Source: Bigelowiella natans CCMP2755 (taxonomy: Eukaryota; Protista; Cercozoa). Taken from it: DNA of 64,000 nucleotides. The notes beneath the pieces are model-generated. The model saw nothing but the letters and a program-made list of their open reading frames with translations. It ran no database searches and was not told where the DNA came from. Location of the stretch: positions 1 to 64,000 of the forward strand of contig ADNK01000825.1 in NCBI GenBank assembly GCA_000320545.1, in the 5' to 3' direction. This document shows, piece by piece, positions 12,651 through 27,570 of this stretch. Numbering within the stretch: position 1 is the first letter of the stretch; the number at the start of each line of letters is the position of its first letter. A program made the translations under genes and the position numbers.

Positions 12651-13149
12651 ATCTTCACATCTGCGGTTTTTTTTTAAAGGAAGGGAAGTTGCGAATTCTC
12701 TAGGCAATGATGCAACCACCACTCTCTTGCTTTGCTCTACTTCCTTTTCTTAATCTCCTTGGAGGGCGGTTGTTTGTTGCACAGGAAGTGCAAAATCCCC
12801 TGAAACCATGGCAAATTAATCGAATTCGGCAATGTGAGAAGATGAAGAAATACCCTTTCAGAGATTTCTTATTTCTGAAACCTCGCAGTTTGCGACGCTG
12901 CTTGTTTCTCTGTAGATACAATGTGATCAAAGTCAACACAAACATGTGTGTAACACACACATGTATGCACATATGTGCATAAATATGTACATATAAATGT
13001 GTATATATTTACATATGGATGCTGTTTTTGTTGTATGTGGATGCTGTTTTTGTTGTTGTTGTTGTTGTAGGATTCCTATATTCTGTACCTCTTTTTGAAT
13101 GTTTTCATTAATAGCCGTCATTTGGTCCTGCTGAGAAATTATGATGATT

Positions 13150-15407
13150 AAGTTTTAACCGATGAAACGCGGGGGGGATATTCTTGAAACTGGGGCATTA
13201 AGTAGTGTATTACCAACGCCAAAATTTCCCGATTTACGACGTATCTGATACAATAACACTGTGAGTTGTGAGAAAGAAAGTGATGACTTGAACATACCTG
13301 ACGCGTTTATTATCATCCACCAGATCCCTCACTTTCCCTTCCTGAAAAATTCCAGATGAATCCTCTCTTTGAATCATTTGTTGCCAATTGTAGGAAATCA
13401 ACAAGTGATATTGCCAGAAGAAGGAATACCAGTTCTGCGATGAGTTTCTTCCTCTCAGCTTCATCCGCTCCAACCGCCTCACCAGGTGAAGTTGTCGTAG
13501 GTAAAGTTATCATCTGATAGATGAATTGCATAATTTGAGAATGGATAACATTTTTCGATTTGCATCTATGCTTACTTTTTGCTTTGGTGCTTCCGTTGCA
13601 GCTGACCTAGTGCCTCCTGAAACTATTACAAATCACGTTTCTTTTCAGATTCTCTCACTCAAAATGTCGAGACGTGGAGTGCAAGGACGTTTACTTATTT
13701 AGGAACATTCTTGTTTTCTACCATCCCAAATTTGTTTTCGACTTTTCTGTGCGTTTTGGTCAGCAGTATTACCAGGTTTGGGGCTGGATTGAGAAGCGTT
13801 TCTGGCGACCTTCTCCAAAAAATCGGCTTCTTCATCCTTAAGGTTAAGAATTCATGTTAACAACAGGAAAGAGCTCAACATTGTGAAATGTTGCACGGAA
13901 AGATTTTGCTATTTTCCCAAAATCTTCAAAGCGTCGTGAGTAGCAACTCTCTAAAAATTTACGTAGATTTTCCTTCAATGATGAAGATCTATCAAAAATA
14001 AATCATGAAACGGGACCCAAAACTATTGATAGCATCTATCAATCTGGGCACTCTGGTATCAAATCTGTCACTACCGGGTGGATATCATTTCCAGCTAAAT
14101 CCACAGCCTTTAGAGCTTTAAAACACCTGAATTTGAAGGTAATTTAAATGAAAAATCTACTTGCAAAAATTTAGAATAGCTTTGACCCAGCTTTCCAAAT
14201 GGGTGGCTCAGTGAGTTCATTGTTCGACGCGATCAGTTGCTACGAATTAGCGAGGAAGAAGGTGGTCATGATTGTGGTGAATAAGTCATATTATGTCATT
14301 TATTCCTTCAAAGAAAGACAATTTGAAGTCTCCTAACTATGCTAGAAGTGAAATGGTGCTACCTGTATCTTGATGAGATGCGTCATATCCGGTAACTTTT
14401 TCAATCTGTTGTTTTTCATACTGACAATCCGAAGGTTTCGCATGCCCTACGATAAGTAGATGAAAATTTACATTCCCGTGGCACTAATTAATTTCCTATT
14501 CAAATAGATAACCTTAAAATCGACTTCCTCCAGTTCGTTGTCATCTAGTTCTACCCTCATCAGTTTCTGTAAAAGAGTTCCATTAGAATTCTTCCGCCCA
14601 GAGATCACACAAAAGCAAAGTTTTAGTATTTAAACACTAATTACCTTGATATGAGCGAGGGATGGAAATTTTCTGAGCTTGTTGAAAGAGATATCTAGAT
14701 TAACTAGGCTCGTAGCACCTAGGAATGTGGTGATAAAATCTGAGAGTATGGCCTTTTCTTCGTTGTTGTCAAGACGAAAACATAATTTTAGTGAGGACTG
14801 GGACCTTCGAATTTTTTAATATCAATTTCTTCGATTTTGTTCCTCGACAGATCGAATAGCAACAGCTGATGACAAACATTCAACATTCACTGAATCCAAC
14901 AATCGTCTCGTTAAACATATGACGCTTCTGACGCTTCTGACGCTTCTGCCCCACATGGTGAAATTGTAGTAGCTTCTAAGAAATATCTTTTTAATGCTTA
15001 CATTTGAAAGTCCTGATACATCCGGAACCTCAACAAGTTCATTGTTGGGAACGTAGATGTACTCCAGATTTTTAAGAGCAGACAGACTCGGCAGTCTCCC
15101 GATCTGATGAGGTACGTTGTTGTAAACACCCACCTCTATCGAAAAGCATAAACATGATTAAACTTACATTATTTTCTTGCATGTATAGCTCTTTGAGGTT
15201 TGTGAATGGATTTAATGAAGGCACATCGAGTTTCCTAAGATCGTATTGAGGCTCAATCAAGGAATGACCATGATTCGCTCACAATCCTACGACATACCCT
15301 TGAGAAGAATTGATGGCGAGTTTATTCACACTCTTCGCATTTTCGGCGATGTTAGCGCCAAGATCACGCGCCCATTTGATCAGCGCTTTTTCCTTCTTCT
15401 TGGACAT
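13150..15407 (-). CDS. Leucine-rich repeat protein (SDS22-like LRRs) with low-complexity/coiled C-terminus; many short introns
   Basis: ATG at 15407 (MSKKKEKALIKWARDLG). Spliced exons give NLKELYMQENN, NLEYIYVPNNELVEVPD, LLLFDLSRNKIEEI, SLVNLDISFNKLRKFP, KLMRVELDDNELEEV, NLRIVSMKNNRLKKLPD, QLIASNNELTEPP and ALKAVDLAGNDI with GT-AG introns. 3' end approximate. Confidence 0.88.
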
Positions 15408-15978
15408 GTGGCTTCAAGGGGGGAGGAGCGTTCGACAAAGAAGCCCAGGCGGCGGGATCGATAACTCAATAGGATTAAGCTTTCCTTCTTGTCGCGATAC
15501 AGAAACCCTGTGTTATTTGACAAATTGAAGGTGAATGAGGAGGTGAAAAGACCAGGTCATTTTCAGGATTATTTACTTATAATTTTACCAATTTCTCTTA
15601 TGTGTTGGTATTTATCCAATAAAACAGAAAATACATAGGATTCTTACTCTGCGACGTAGATTCTCGGCTTTCAGATCCGTAGGATTTAAGGTTCCAGTGG
15701 CCGTTACTCTGTGTCCACGGATTTGCTGGAACTGATCCAGATCTGTAGTCTAGATCTGCGAGCAGCTGGAGCGATAAATTGTTATAGAGAAAAATAATAA
15801 TATCTAGAAATAAAATTTTCTCCTCAAATATAATATTTCGTGTGTTTTTGAGAGTGTCTTTTGAAATATTGATTCAAACCTACCCCTCACCAACTATTTG
15901 CACCGACTTGCCGATCGATCACTTGGGGAGGGGCAAAGCATGTATTTTTGCTAATCGACAAGCGCTGCAACATTGATT

Positions 15979-16859
15979 ATGGTCACAAGCGCACGCCAAT
16001 TCTTGTTCAGGGGCCACAGCGCTGCTGCAGCGCTATTATGCTTGTCCACACTCACGTTTACCCAAGCCACCGCATTCGAGGCAAAGACTGGCCGACAATC
16101 TGCTGGAGCAGAAGCGGAGTGGACCTCAGCCGTATTGGTAGACCCTAAAGATTTTCCTCGTTTCCTCTTGAAAAAAACAGCTGCTGCCACTGGAAAGAGG
16201 ATCGGCGGGAATGAGACGAATTATCAGTATGCTATGGGAAGTGGTACGACCGCGAATAACGAGAACGGGGCCGTAAAAGGCCGTGTGTGCGGATCAATGC
16301 TCTGCCCTTACCAGGAAGGTAGTGAAACATGATTGTGGGGAGTTAGAAATGCAAGAGAATCCTGAAAGGAGAGCAAACATTGCCATGAAGTATTACGCTG
16401 ATCCATCATCACCCAAATCGTTTATTCAATAGGAGTCTGTTGCCCTGGAAAGTCATTTTGCTGTCCTTCTGGCACTGCATGTTCGACTGAAAGAGCAACC
16501 TGCCTTCTTGATCACTCTGTAATTACCAATAACCTTTGATAATTTGAAAATAATTATAGATATTTCGTGTCTATGATTATTTTCCAATTCTGATGATACC
16601 CACCGTTTCCCTCCTAAATTTCTAATATTTCTCTTGTACAGAAGAGTTCTGCGGGTGACATTACCATGCATCAGCACCCTAAATTTCATCACGGTGATAG
16701 CGACGGTGGGACCAGCAACATCAAGAGCACCACCAACGCGCATGAGTCCGAAAGTTTTTATCAAAACCGAATTCCCAGAGCCCCTCCTCCTCCTCCCCCT
16801 CAAATGGCGTACCAGCTGCAGGTAAGCAGACCAACGAACAGGACAGAGGGATCCTGCCA

Positions 16860-16902
<43 letters not shown>

Positions 16903-17045
16903 CATGTCTCATCTAAGCATGTTGTCTGTTTGCTGGCTTTCGTATCAAAAGAACCATGTTCCGCTGCCGCTTGCGATTCAGCTACCGAGATCTTCAGGTT
17001 GCTTGCTGCTCATATTGCTTTCAGCCATATCGTCAAATGGACATG

Positions 17046-17083
<38 letters not shown>

Positions 17084-17144
17084 CTATCTCTGCAGACACT
17101 TACTCCAAAGACCTGCGCGATTAGTTGTTTGATAGCAAATTAAA

Positions 17145-17190
<46 letters not shown>

Positions 17191-18393
17191 GTGCGACTAT
17201 TGTTATGTTATAACCCTCTTCTCATTGTGTGGTATGTAAGATCTAGGCGGCGGATCTGCGAATGTACCCCCAGCAGCACAGGCACCGAATCCGAAGCCGC
17301 TGTTTGAAGTGGAGGATGCCGGTGATGATCAGAGTAGCGGCGGCGACAGGGCCAATTACCATCGCAACTCACCTCAGGTTCCCGCCATTGTAGCTGATTC
17401 TTCCTTGCGATGATTGGTGGTGATGATGAAGATATTTCAATGCATTCTTCCTCTAATGCGTGTATGGTTGGAGGGGGGGGGTGGAGGCACAAGCTACTAA
17501 CGCTCAAAGCGCAAACACTCTTAATATTTCCTCCATTAGCTGCTATTTCTACTGTTGCTACTACCTGTTCTTTTCCTTATTTTTCTTAATTTTTTCATTT
17601 TTTTTTCACATTTGTTCTCTTCTTCTTCTTTTCCTTCATCATTGTCATCTTCTCTTCTAATTCTTCTCCTTTCACGCAGCCTGTGGTACCCACACCAGTT
17701 CGTGGGGGGCACAGCCATCATAGCAGGATTAGCAGCAGTACGGAAGGAGGAGAAGGAGAAGCTGGAGACAAAGAATTCGTGACACCCACCTGGGGAGAGC
17801 GGTTGTTTCGCATGACTGCTGTTGTTGTAGCTGGGCATCCTACCACTTAGAAAGAGATTAATTAGCTTCTCGTTGTAAGTACAAGCGACCACCGATTGTG
17901 AAAATTGCCCCTCTCCCTAACGTATCATCGCAAGCTTGATCCAATGATGTTTCTGCTGCTGCTGCTGCTGCTGCTCTTGCAACACGTTGTCTACGTACGT
18001 AGGGGGCCGCTGGGGCGGCTTAGCCAGCACGAGGAGATGGAAATGATCGAGCCAGTGAGGAGGGGTCCTGCTACTGAAGAGATGAGCTACATGCCGACAT
18101 TGATGCGAACGGAGTCTCAGGTTGCTGCTGCTACTATTTGGTGAAATGATATTATTCCAACCTGCTGCTGCCTTCCTCCTCCTCCTCCTCCTCCTACTCG
18201 TTTTGATGTTTGCACCATAGATTCCACGTCTCCGTGAAATGAGGGATTGCTGTCAACATTGCGGCTTCTGTAAAGGTTGTGACAGCAGAGACTACTCCCT
18301 GTACTACCTATCTTATCAATCGTCAATTTTTGCATCGGATAACTGTTGGTGATGATTTATATGTATATGTAATATTATATATATATGTATAAA

Positions 18394-18432
<39 letters not shown>

Positions 18433-18609
18433 TGCCTATCTTTGTTCAGGATGTTCAATGTGTTAAAAGAACGCCTATGGATTACAACGATTATCCAACC
18501 AGCCAAATTACCATCTCAGTCTTAGGAAGTAGTAATATGAATATAGCACAGATGACGCAAAAAAGCGATTGCGATCCGATAACGATGATCAACCCACATG
18601 TTTCATGAT
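15979..18609 (+). CDS. Secreted or membrane protein with a half-granulin Cys-rich motif followed by low-complexity sequence
   Basis: Hydrophobic leader (AAAALLCLSTLTFTQATA). Splicing 16318 to about 16433 gives CGSMLCPYQEGVCCPGKSFCCPSGTACSTERATC. Later exons and the stop position are tentative. Confidence 0.65.
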
Positions 18610-18689
18610 ATTCAAGTTGAAACCTACACTCGTCATCATCGTCGTCGTTACGATTATTCGTTAAAATGGTCATGCTCATCAAGCTGCAG

Positions 18690-19000
18690 CGTCCTGCATT
18701 TCAATAACTTGCCTGTGTGCATGTATGCATCATGCAGGATGTACGCTTGCATTTATTTGTAGATGCTGTCAATCATGTCGCTTTGCGCAGCTAATGGGCC
18801 CTGTAATTAGGTATAGGCGCATTGACTGCTGTGGTGTGTACGGTGGCCTGAGCGCACATGCAAACATCTTGTTGCGTATCTTCGATCTGCGCAGCAAAGG
18901 CATTTTCTGTACGTCGTGTGCAAGCACGTACGTCTTGAAGCAGTAGCCAAGCAAAAAATATGTTAATCACTTACGCAGCCTGCGCGAGCATCCACTCTCA
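18690..19000. other. Intergenic decayed block 3 (short)
   Basis: atgcat, catgca, tgcgca, gcacatgca motifs between two convergent 3' ends; weaker than the other blocks. Confidence 0.45.
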
Positions 19001-19072
19001 CCAGCACAGGATTTCTCTCAGAATCCTTTGATTTCATTACAGCTGTATATGTGTACATGTATAGCGCAGCTA

Positions 19073-19697
19073 CTAACGCTTAGTATCACTCGCCTTTGCT
19101 GGCGTTTGCTTCTTCGCCGTCGTGATGAGGGCGGTTGGGTCCGATGCTGATGGAGCAAGTGCCCTCCTCCACGAGTCAAACGATTCTGCCATCTTTGGAT
19201 TCTCCCGAACATACTTTACAAATTCCTAATATTGTATGATGTGACCAAATGTACGTGGTCTCAGTCTATCTCTCTCCTCCTCCTCCTCCTCCTCCTCCTC
19301 CTCCCTATTCCTCTTTCTCCCACAACTAGCTATGCTGCTACTACTACTACTACTGCTACTACTACTTATGATGCTACCTCCAATGCAATCTTGCCATCCT
19401 TATTTGTGTCAACATGCTCGAATATATGCTTGATTTCGGGTGACTGCTCATTGGAAGGGCACGCCTTTTGTGTGTGTTATGTGGAGTGATTATCGATGGA
19501 AAATACCATCAAATTCGCAGAAACAAATCTTCCCTTCTTTCAATGGGTGAAAATGCGTGTTGTCACCACACACCTTGCGCAGGATGGCCTCAAATTCGTT
19601 CAAATTGAGATATCCATCACCATCCACATCGAAGATAGAGTACACACGTTCAAAGATCTGGATTATGTTAACACAGATATATACATAAATCTATGTA

Positions 19698-19740
<43 letters not shown>

Positions 19741-21377
19741 CGCCGACATTCCCCCCTCCGGGTACATATGAGCTTGGAAACATACGCATTGCCCGATGGT
19801 ACTACTATATTTGAGCCCCACATCATCACCCACTTTCGCGTGGCAGCAATATATCTATCCATCAGCATCACAGTTATGTTCATCAAAGGCGTGGGGTAGT
19901 AAGGAGGAGTCGCTGTCTTCTTCATCTTCTTATTCTTCGTCTCCTTCTTCTCATCACTACACACAAGCTACTAGAGCAACACCAACAACAACTACTAGCA
20001 CTTCCACCACCACTACTTCCGCAATGATGCAAAGATAATACGTGCATCCCTAATACCGTTTCACTGGAGAGGTTTGTGTTCGCAAACGCCATACCGATTA
20101 AATATACGCGGAAGTCGATGTAACCATCTCCGTCCTGTGGATGCATCATGGGAAAATGAGGAGGGGGGGGGGAAGAGGGAGGGGAGAGTAACGGGGAACC
20201 GCAAAACACAAACAGAAGGTGATAACAAGACTGGACAAAACAAACTCAGGGTAGAAGAGTGATAATGGTGAGAGCTCCTCCCCGTCGTGTGTGTGTGTGT
20301 GGTGTGCGCACGCGCAATAACATATTGGCCACCACCAGCAGCAGCAAGAGGAGGAATAACAGAGTGAGGAGAAGGAGGAGGAGGAGGAGAGGGTGATATA
20401 CATTATCAATCAATCAATAACCTCATCGAGCATATCAAACACGTTTGACCATTGCGGAGATCCTGAAGCCTATGATGATGATGATGACGACGACGATGAT
20501 GATGATGATGATGATGATGATGATAACATCCATCACGTTGTCACGCATGCGACTTCCAAGAGAGCATCATCATCATCATCATCGTCGTCGTTGTTGTTGT
20601 TGTTGTTGTTGTTGCTATTCTCGTCGTTGTGGGCTCGGTAAGAACAGTACCTCCATTCCAGCGAGGAAGTCGTCGCGCGACAGCTTTCCATCCTTATCGG
20701 TGTCCAGTTTTAGGAAGGCCTATGTGGATGGCAGCAATGCTGATGATGGTGCTCATGGTGTTGATGCTGGTGGTGATCGTAGTCTGACAAGTGCCACGAA
20801 AATAAAGTCAGCAGAGAACGACTTCAATGTTTGCACTGAAGTTCAGAACTACTGCTTTTCGATAACCCCCCTCCCCCCCTCCCCCCCCCCCATTCCCAGG
20901 CATCCCTTTGAAACCTCGAAGTAGCGCTTGATGCTGTCCAGTTTCATTGAGAAATGCTCGCGAATTGCGTTTGCCTGCAGCGACAGCGCGCACATGTGGA
21001 AGAACGGCGAATAGCGTGTGAAGGAAACGAAGATGATGGTGAAGGTGAAGAGGACGATGACGATGACGGATAAGGGGACAAGTGCAAACAGAACATCGTC
21101 GTTCACCAGATGGGCTTGCCAAAGCGATCAAAGAAACACATAAACAAGACGGATCAACACTAACAAGTATATATTATTCGTTTGAGCGAAAGGGCAGCAC
21201 CTACCTCGATAACGACTGATTCAGCAGGGGCATGGTTTTTGATCGCAAGGGCCTACGACAACAGGAAGAACAAGAAGAAGACAGCAGCAGCAGAAGCATG
21301 ATGATGATGATGATGATAATGATGATGGTGATGACGATGTATTATCCTCGTAGGAATGGCCACACATCATACCACTT

Positions 21378-21411
<34 letters not shown>

Positions 21412-21487
21412 AACTAATACCTGCAACTTCACATCATCGAAGCTATGATTGGTTACCTAAAAGAGAGCATGCAAGCAGCATGGCAAA

Positions 21488-21524
<37 letters not shown>

Positions 21525-22712
21525 ATGATGCTGACAACGACGGTCTTGAGAATTTGATGATGAGGCATAAATGCTGTATAAAGCTCATCATTCTCGCACA
21601 CCTCCACCACCTTCCAATTTGCGCATGACAAACATCGTCGCTTTCGCAATCTTCATCATCATCATCGTCATCATCATTATCATCGTCGTCACGTTTGCGT
21701 GCCATTTACATACTCACAGTCTCTCCGCTCCCCCCCTCCCTCACATCGTCCTTCTACCACCCACCTTGAGATTGAACCATGTACCCATCTGATCCCTGAG
21801 ATGATGGGAAACAGAAGAAGGAGGAGGAGGAGGAAAACAATGCAACATGATGATGATGATGATGATGATGGTGATGGTGATGATGATGGGAAAAGAAGAT
21901 ATTTGGCTCATTATCTTTCTCTGTATATTTGGGCAGCAGCAGCAGCATAAACAGCACTACTACAACTGCTGGTGATGGTGGTGGTGGTGGTGGTGCCACT
22001 CTTCTTCTCCTAGTCTCGTCCTGCTCTTCTTTTTGCGGGTTGTTGGCGTTAAACCGACCTTACTCTCCTCGAATAGAGCAGAGCATCCTTCTTCTCTTCA
22101 AGGTTTGGATCATAAATCGGTCCGAAATCGACCTATTATCAAAGCAGCAGCAGCAGAAGAAGAAAGAAGAAGAAGAAGATGAAGAAGAAGAATAGAAAGA
22201 AATGTTCTAATTAAGGTCCTCGTTCTTAAAGAAGCAGCAGTCTTAGCTTCGCGTACAACACCTACTACAACTACTGCTGCTACTACTACTACTACCACCA
22301 CCCACTTCTACTACTACTACTATTACTACTATTACTACTACTACCACTTCTTCTACTACTACTACTACCTCCATCTTGTTGCAGGGCTCGCACATAAGGC
22401 GAAACAGCATATGGAAGAGGCTTGGCCCAGCTGAGACCTGCGAATCGGTTTGGTTGGTAGCGTGGAGAATGGTGTTTACACAACGGAGGAGGACGATGAC
22501 AAAGCAAACAACACATAATAATGACGATGATGATGATGAAAGATGATGAGAAAGATGATGATGATATCCAATGATCGTTGTTGAAAAGTTGCACTGCAGT
22601 GAAGGAAAGCAGTATCATATTATCATCATGCATGCAAAAGGCACTTTCTTCTTTCCTTCCATTCTATGAAAACCACACTCCTCATACCCATTCTGGTCAT
22701 CATCATTATTCT

Positions 22713-22758
<46 letters not shown>

Positions 22759-23543
22759 AACTTCGATAGGCTACTCCTCTTCCTCCTCCTCCTCCCCCCC
22801 TCTCCTCCTCACCCATGCAGGGTTGAATCGTCCTGAGTACTTAACACCGATCATCTGCACGGGTCTGAGAAGGTGATGATCAAGGAAGGAAGAAAGAGGA
22901 AGGAATCAACCAATCAATCGATCAATCAATGGTGACACATATGGAGTGGTGCTAAAGTAGGACTAGATTCCTGATTATTAACTTCCACCAGAACTACGGC
23001 AATGCTACTAGCGAAGGCAGCGGTCAGATGGGAACGACACTTCAAGAACCGATGTGAATGAGAGTTATGATGACAATGGTGGTGGTGGTGGTGGTGGTGG
23101 TGGTGAGATGGAAGCAGCAGTAGAGGGGAGAGAGGGAGAGAGAGGGAGAGAGAGAGAGAGGGGGGGAGAGGAATAGTGCTGATCTACATCTGAAACTTGA
23201 CAATATACCTTCCCGGGTTAAAAGCGCCAGCTTTGAACGTGATCAAGTTCTCTCCGTTTGTGCATGTGGCCTTTGCATTACGTAGTGTCACAAGAAGGAT
23301 GATGATAATAAGAGGAGGAATAGACGATTGATGATGTTGATGACAATGATGATAATGGCAGCCTTTTTCAACTGGAGAGCAAAATCTACCCAATATTTGC
23401 TACATAGCATAGTGCTACTACTGGTAGTACAGCTATGAGGACCTCAGGATAGATGAGAATGTGAGACCATCCTGATCCTAGTATTGTTGTTGTATTATGG
23501 GAAGAAGAAAAACAACACATAAGAACAAGAAGGACAAGCGCAA

Positions 23544-23578
<35 letters not shown>

Positions 23579-23949
23579 ACGTCAGCTGATAAGGCAGCAA
23601 GAATCTATTTCAAAACCACTGTCTATGTAACCCTCCCCACCTACACAACAACACGCACATATCAAGGGATATCAACGCAAGCGCCCATTCCCATCCTACT
23701 ACTGGGACACAACAACAACAACAACAACAACTGGCAAATCACCTTTCTTAGCTCGGTTTATCAGTTCTTGCTTAACCTAGGATGATGATGATGATTATTA
23801 TTATTATCATTATTATGACTGTTTCTATATCCAACACATATACATCATCAACCGGCAACTTCATTCACAATGAGGTGGACGAAGGTGGGGCAGCAATCAC
23901 TTAGAAAGCTGAAGAGAACGAAAGAAAGGAGAAAGAGAAAGAGAGAGAG

Positions 23950-23988
<39 letters not shown>

Positions 23989-24553
23989 GTTTTTAATCAT
24001 CATCATCAACAACAACAACAGCAACTTCACCTCGTGCCGGGAGGAGGCCGAGAATCGGTCGAAGGTCACGGCCTAACGAGAAAGCGAACGAGTGAAATGG
24101 ACAACAACAACAACAACAACAACAACAAGGAAGGTATTCGGACTATCAACATAGTGTAATGTTAATAAATCAATCAAAACTCTGCTGCTTTTCTCCTCAT
24201 ATCGACAACAGCACATACATGCTATCATAGCAGCACCTGAATAGCCTTCACCACTGATCCAAGCCCAGGCAACTGAGAAACAGCAAGGGCCGATCGTAGT
24301 ATGGTGGGGGAGAGGCGAGGGGATGAATATGAGTGCGATTCAATGAGAGCGGCTGCTCTTCCTACTCATCAGACAGCACTAGTTCCAAGGAAAAACATGT
24401 CAGGGCTGGTGCTGTTGGGTGTGAAAATAATATCGTATTTTCATGCATGGATATCTATATTTATGTGCGCGCGCGTCTGTGTGTGTGTGTGTGTTTGTGT
24501 GCGCAGATGTAGAGTTCGGTCCTTTGACGGGGCATAGATAATACTACTGACAT

Positions 24554-24587
<34 letters not shown>

Positions 24588-26700
24588 GCTACTACTTTCA
24601 GGTGCTCTGCTGCTGCAATGGGTGCGGGGAAAGCTGCAAACACCATAAATGCAGGATCGCAAAACGATACATGATTTGAAACCTGGAGGGGGAGAGAGGA
24701 GAAGGGAATAAAGGCTTTGGGTAAGAGAGAAGGAGAGACATCATGCAATGCTAACATGGGTTCAATGGAGAATTTCGAGAAGACTCGATAATTGAGCCAC
24801 AAATATACATATAAAGGAAGAAAGGCTCGTAAGGATAATCGATAGCATCATCATGAATTCCAATATAAAGTGAATGACCCACAGCTCAGGACCAAAATCA
24901 CTACCTATCCTAGCTTTTTTTTTTATGAAACGAGGCCGTAGCGTACATATTTCTCAGGCCTCAATGCATATTCTAGACAGATCACAACGATCATTGAGCT
25001 GGCATTGGACAACCAGTATTGGGGCTTCATCAGGAGAGGCCAACTCGCCCCTTGTATCGATCCACAGATAACCCTGAGACGACGTACGCGCAAAAATATG
25101 GTGGATCCATAAAAGAGGGGAGGGTGATGGGATTAGAGGGCATGAAGGTACATGTGCTGGATAGGCGACGATAACTAAATGGAAAGGTATTTATCCTTGC
25201 ACTTTCGGCTGATTCTTGATGATGATGCAACTTCTATTTTTAGCTCACTGCTTCTTCTTCACGGACACATCACGACCCCACACCATCACACCGTGAAGAA
25301 GAGTATGGATCTTGCAACATAACGGATAGGCTGTAGCATCAATCGCCTCCAGGGTGGAAGTGGTCGATACCTTCGCAACAAGGAGGGATAGTGAGGGAGG
25401 ATAGATATGCGACAACGAGAATAATGATTTATGGTTATGATGGCGATGTGACACCAAATAACGATGACAACTAGCTATAGCCAGAACCACTGCCTACACC
25501 GACCAGCAAATGTGACGAAGAGACTTAGAGGCCACTCGTAATAACTCCTATGAGTTGTTTGGAGATGTGATGTTAGATCATGCTGCTGCTGCTGCTGCGT
25601 CATTTCCTAGCTTATCAGAGAGGAAAATCGGCTTTGGCCTGTGACACACCTTCTCTTCCATCTTGTTGATTGTCTCGCTAGAGTACTTCCTGGCATTGGC
25701 TCTCTCCGATACGTACTTATACGCGAACTAATGAGAAATACCCACCAGAATCTGTGTCGCCGTTGTAGTGATGATAATGCTACTGATCTACCTTTAGTTT
25801 TTCTTCACCCGACGAAGGAAGGCCAACGCCTCTTTGATCGATGTATGCATAAAGGTCTTCTATTGATTTCAGACTTGGGGAGGAAGGGAGTCCATAAGTT
25901 GCAATGGTTGCCACCTGAAAAGCAAATTTCACGTATGATTCACGCGAATAGTGTAGCAAAATATAGAAACTACCGTCGCTCCTATAAGAATGCTCACGAT
26001 CATACCGAGAAGTCTCAGAGGAAACAAGATGACAGAATTGAAGCTAATTCTCAGGCGGTCCTACAGTTATTCGTTGCTGTCAGATAATACGACAACCCCC
26101 TTAATTTCCGATGTTGGAACACACCATTTCTCCTATCCTCCATGTATCGTTCACGAATGGGTTCGACACGGGTCTTGGAAGTTTATCGTAAACAGAAAGC
26201 CTCCTCCGATGCATTCGGATCACTCTAGGACGCACGGTTTTGTGACCGCTAGGCCTCCGATCCACACATTCTCCCAAACGCCACCACACGTAAGAACCAG
26301 CACAGAGCTGTACTGAAAGGACGAACGTGAGGAGGAAATTGTATCCCGAGGCAAAGGCCGCGCGATATGCTTGCGCTACAAGAACGTAAAAGATAAGATC
26401 GTAGGAGTCGAAGGAAGTTGTTGAGCCCTGCATGGATGAGATTCTCTTCTTCGTTTTCTCCGTCGATTGGTTGTTGTGATGAAATCTGTTCGGATAGAAG
26501 GCAAGGGCAACGGTGTCTTCGTAAGACTTAAATTGACCATATTTCATACCTGCGACAACCAAAAATGTTTGTCTTAATACGCTCTTCCACTATCTATCGT
26601 CAAATTCGAAGCTGCAGTCGCCGGACTCCACATCGGCACCATGAGCAATCTGCAGCGATTATAATGTGCTCTGAAAAACACTTTTTCGTTCACGAGACAT
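19073..26700 (-). CDS. LPCAT: Lysophospholipid acyltransferase, LPCAT1/2 type with C-terminal EF-hands
   Basis: Exons: NPFVND, ILFPLRLL, PLPPWRR, GELASPDEAPILV/VSNHVSFCD (HxxxxD), ILIYPE/ATCTNGENLITFKAGAFNPG, PVQMIGVKY, PIYDPNLEEKKD, then EF loops DTDKDGKLSRDDF, DEDGDGYIDFRVY, DVDGDGYLNLNEF and DTNKDGKIALEEF. Stop TAG at 19073-19075; 5' end uncertain (26214 to about 26900). Confidence 0.92.
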
Positions 26701-26733
26701 TTGGGCTTGCGTTGTTCAGTGTGCACATTGCAG

Positions 26734-26770
<37 letters not shown>

Positions 26771-27154
26771 GTTGTGTGTTCTTGTGTGAGCATGCTCACA
26801 GTTGCACCTGCTTTTGCATATTTGCTGTTTTTGTTTCAGTGACGCCCCAGGAGGATGTTGTGGACACTGTGGATTGCACTTTTTGCTCCGGTCATGGCAG
26901 AGTGGTGGAGTTTACCCACGTTCTCCTATTTCGATTGGTCGATTAGTTTCCTAGCAATGTAGAATGCTTTTGTTTGATAGTCTTGAGTGCTTCAATGATA
27001 AGGAATCCTCCCAGTCCAACGAGCTGCTCAGCTGGCGAAGTGTTCCTCGTCGACAAGTGCTATCTAATTTCGAAAACTGAAGTAGGATGAAATCTTAGCT
27101 TTAGAAATATATTTGTTGGGGAAAAAGCAAGTAGATGCTTAATGCTACGAAGTC

Positions 27155-27531
27155 TTGATATGGACATATGTGTCATTACACGACCTCACATCAATTGTGT
27201 GTGTATTTGTGAATTTGTTGGTTGGTTAGTATCTTGGTTTAAGCAACAACCAGCTTGAATCGATTCCAAAGGAGTTATCCCAGCTGAAGAATCTGTCGGT
27301 CAGTCTAGTGCTCGGAATTGATATGGACATATGTGTCATTACACGACCTCACATCAAATGCGTGTGTGTGTGTGTTTGTGTATTTGTTGGTTGGTTAGCA
27401 ACTCTATTTATACAACAACCATCTTGAATCGATTCCAAAGGAGTTATCCCAGCTGAAGAATTTGAAGGTCAGTTCAGTCCAGTGTTCGATATTGATATGG
27501 GCATATGTGTCATTACACGACCTCACATCAA

Positions 27532-27570
<39 letters not shown>

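Noticed and set aside
13150-15407. Second LRR gene as another cassette array
   Set aside because: Its LRR exons differ in length and sequence, and its introns are unrelated to each other; an ordinary old LRR gene.
15745-15770. cagatct-N7-agatctg inverted repeat in the promoter gap
   Set aside because: A 7-bp arm built on a palindromic hexamer is expected by chance.
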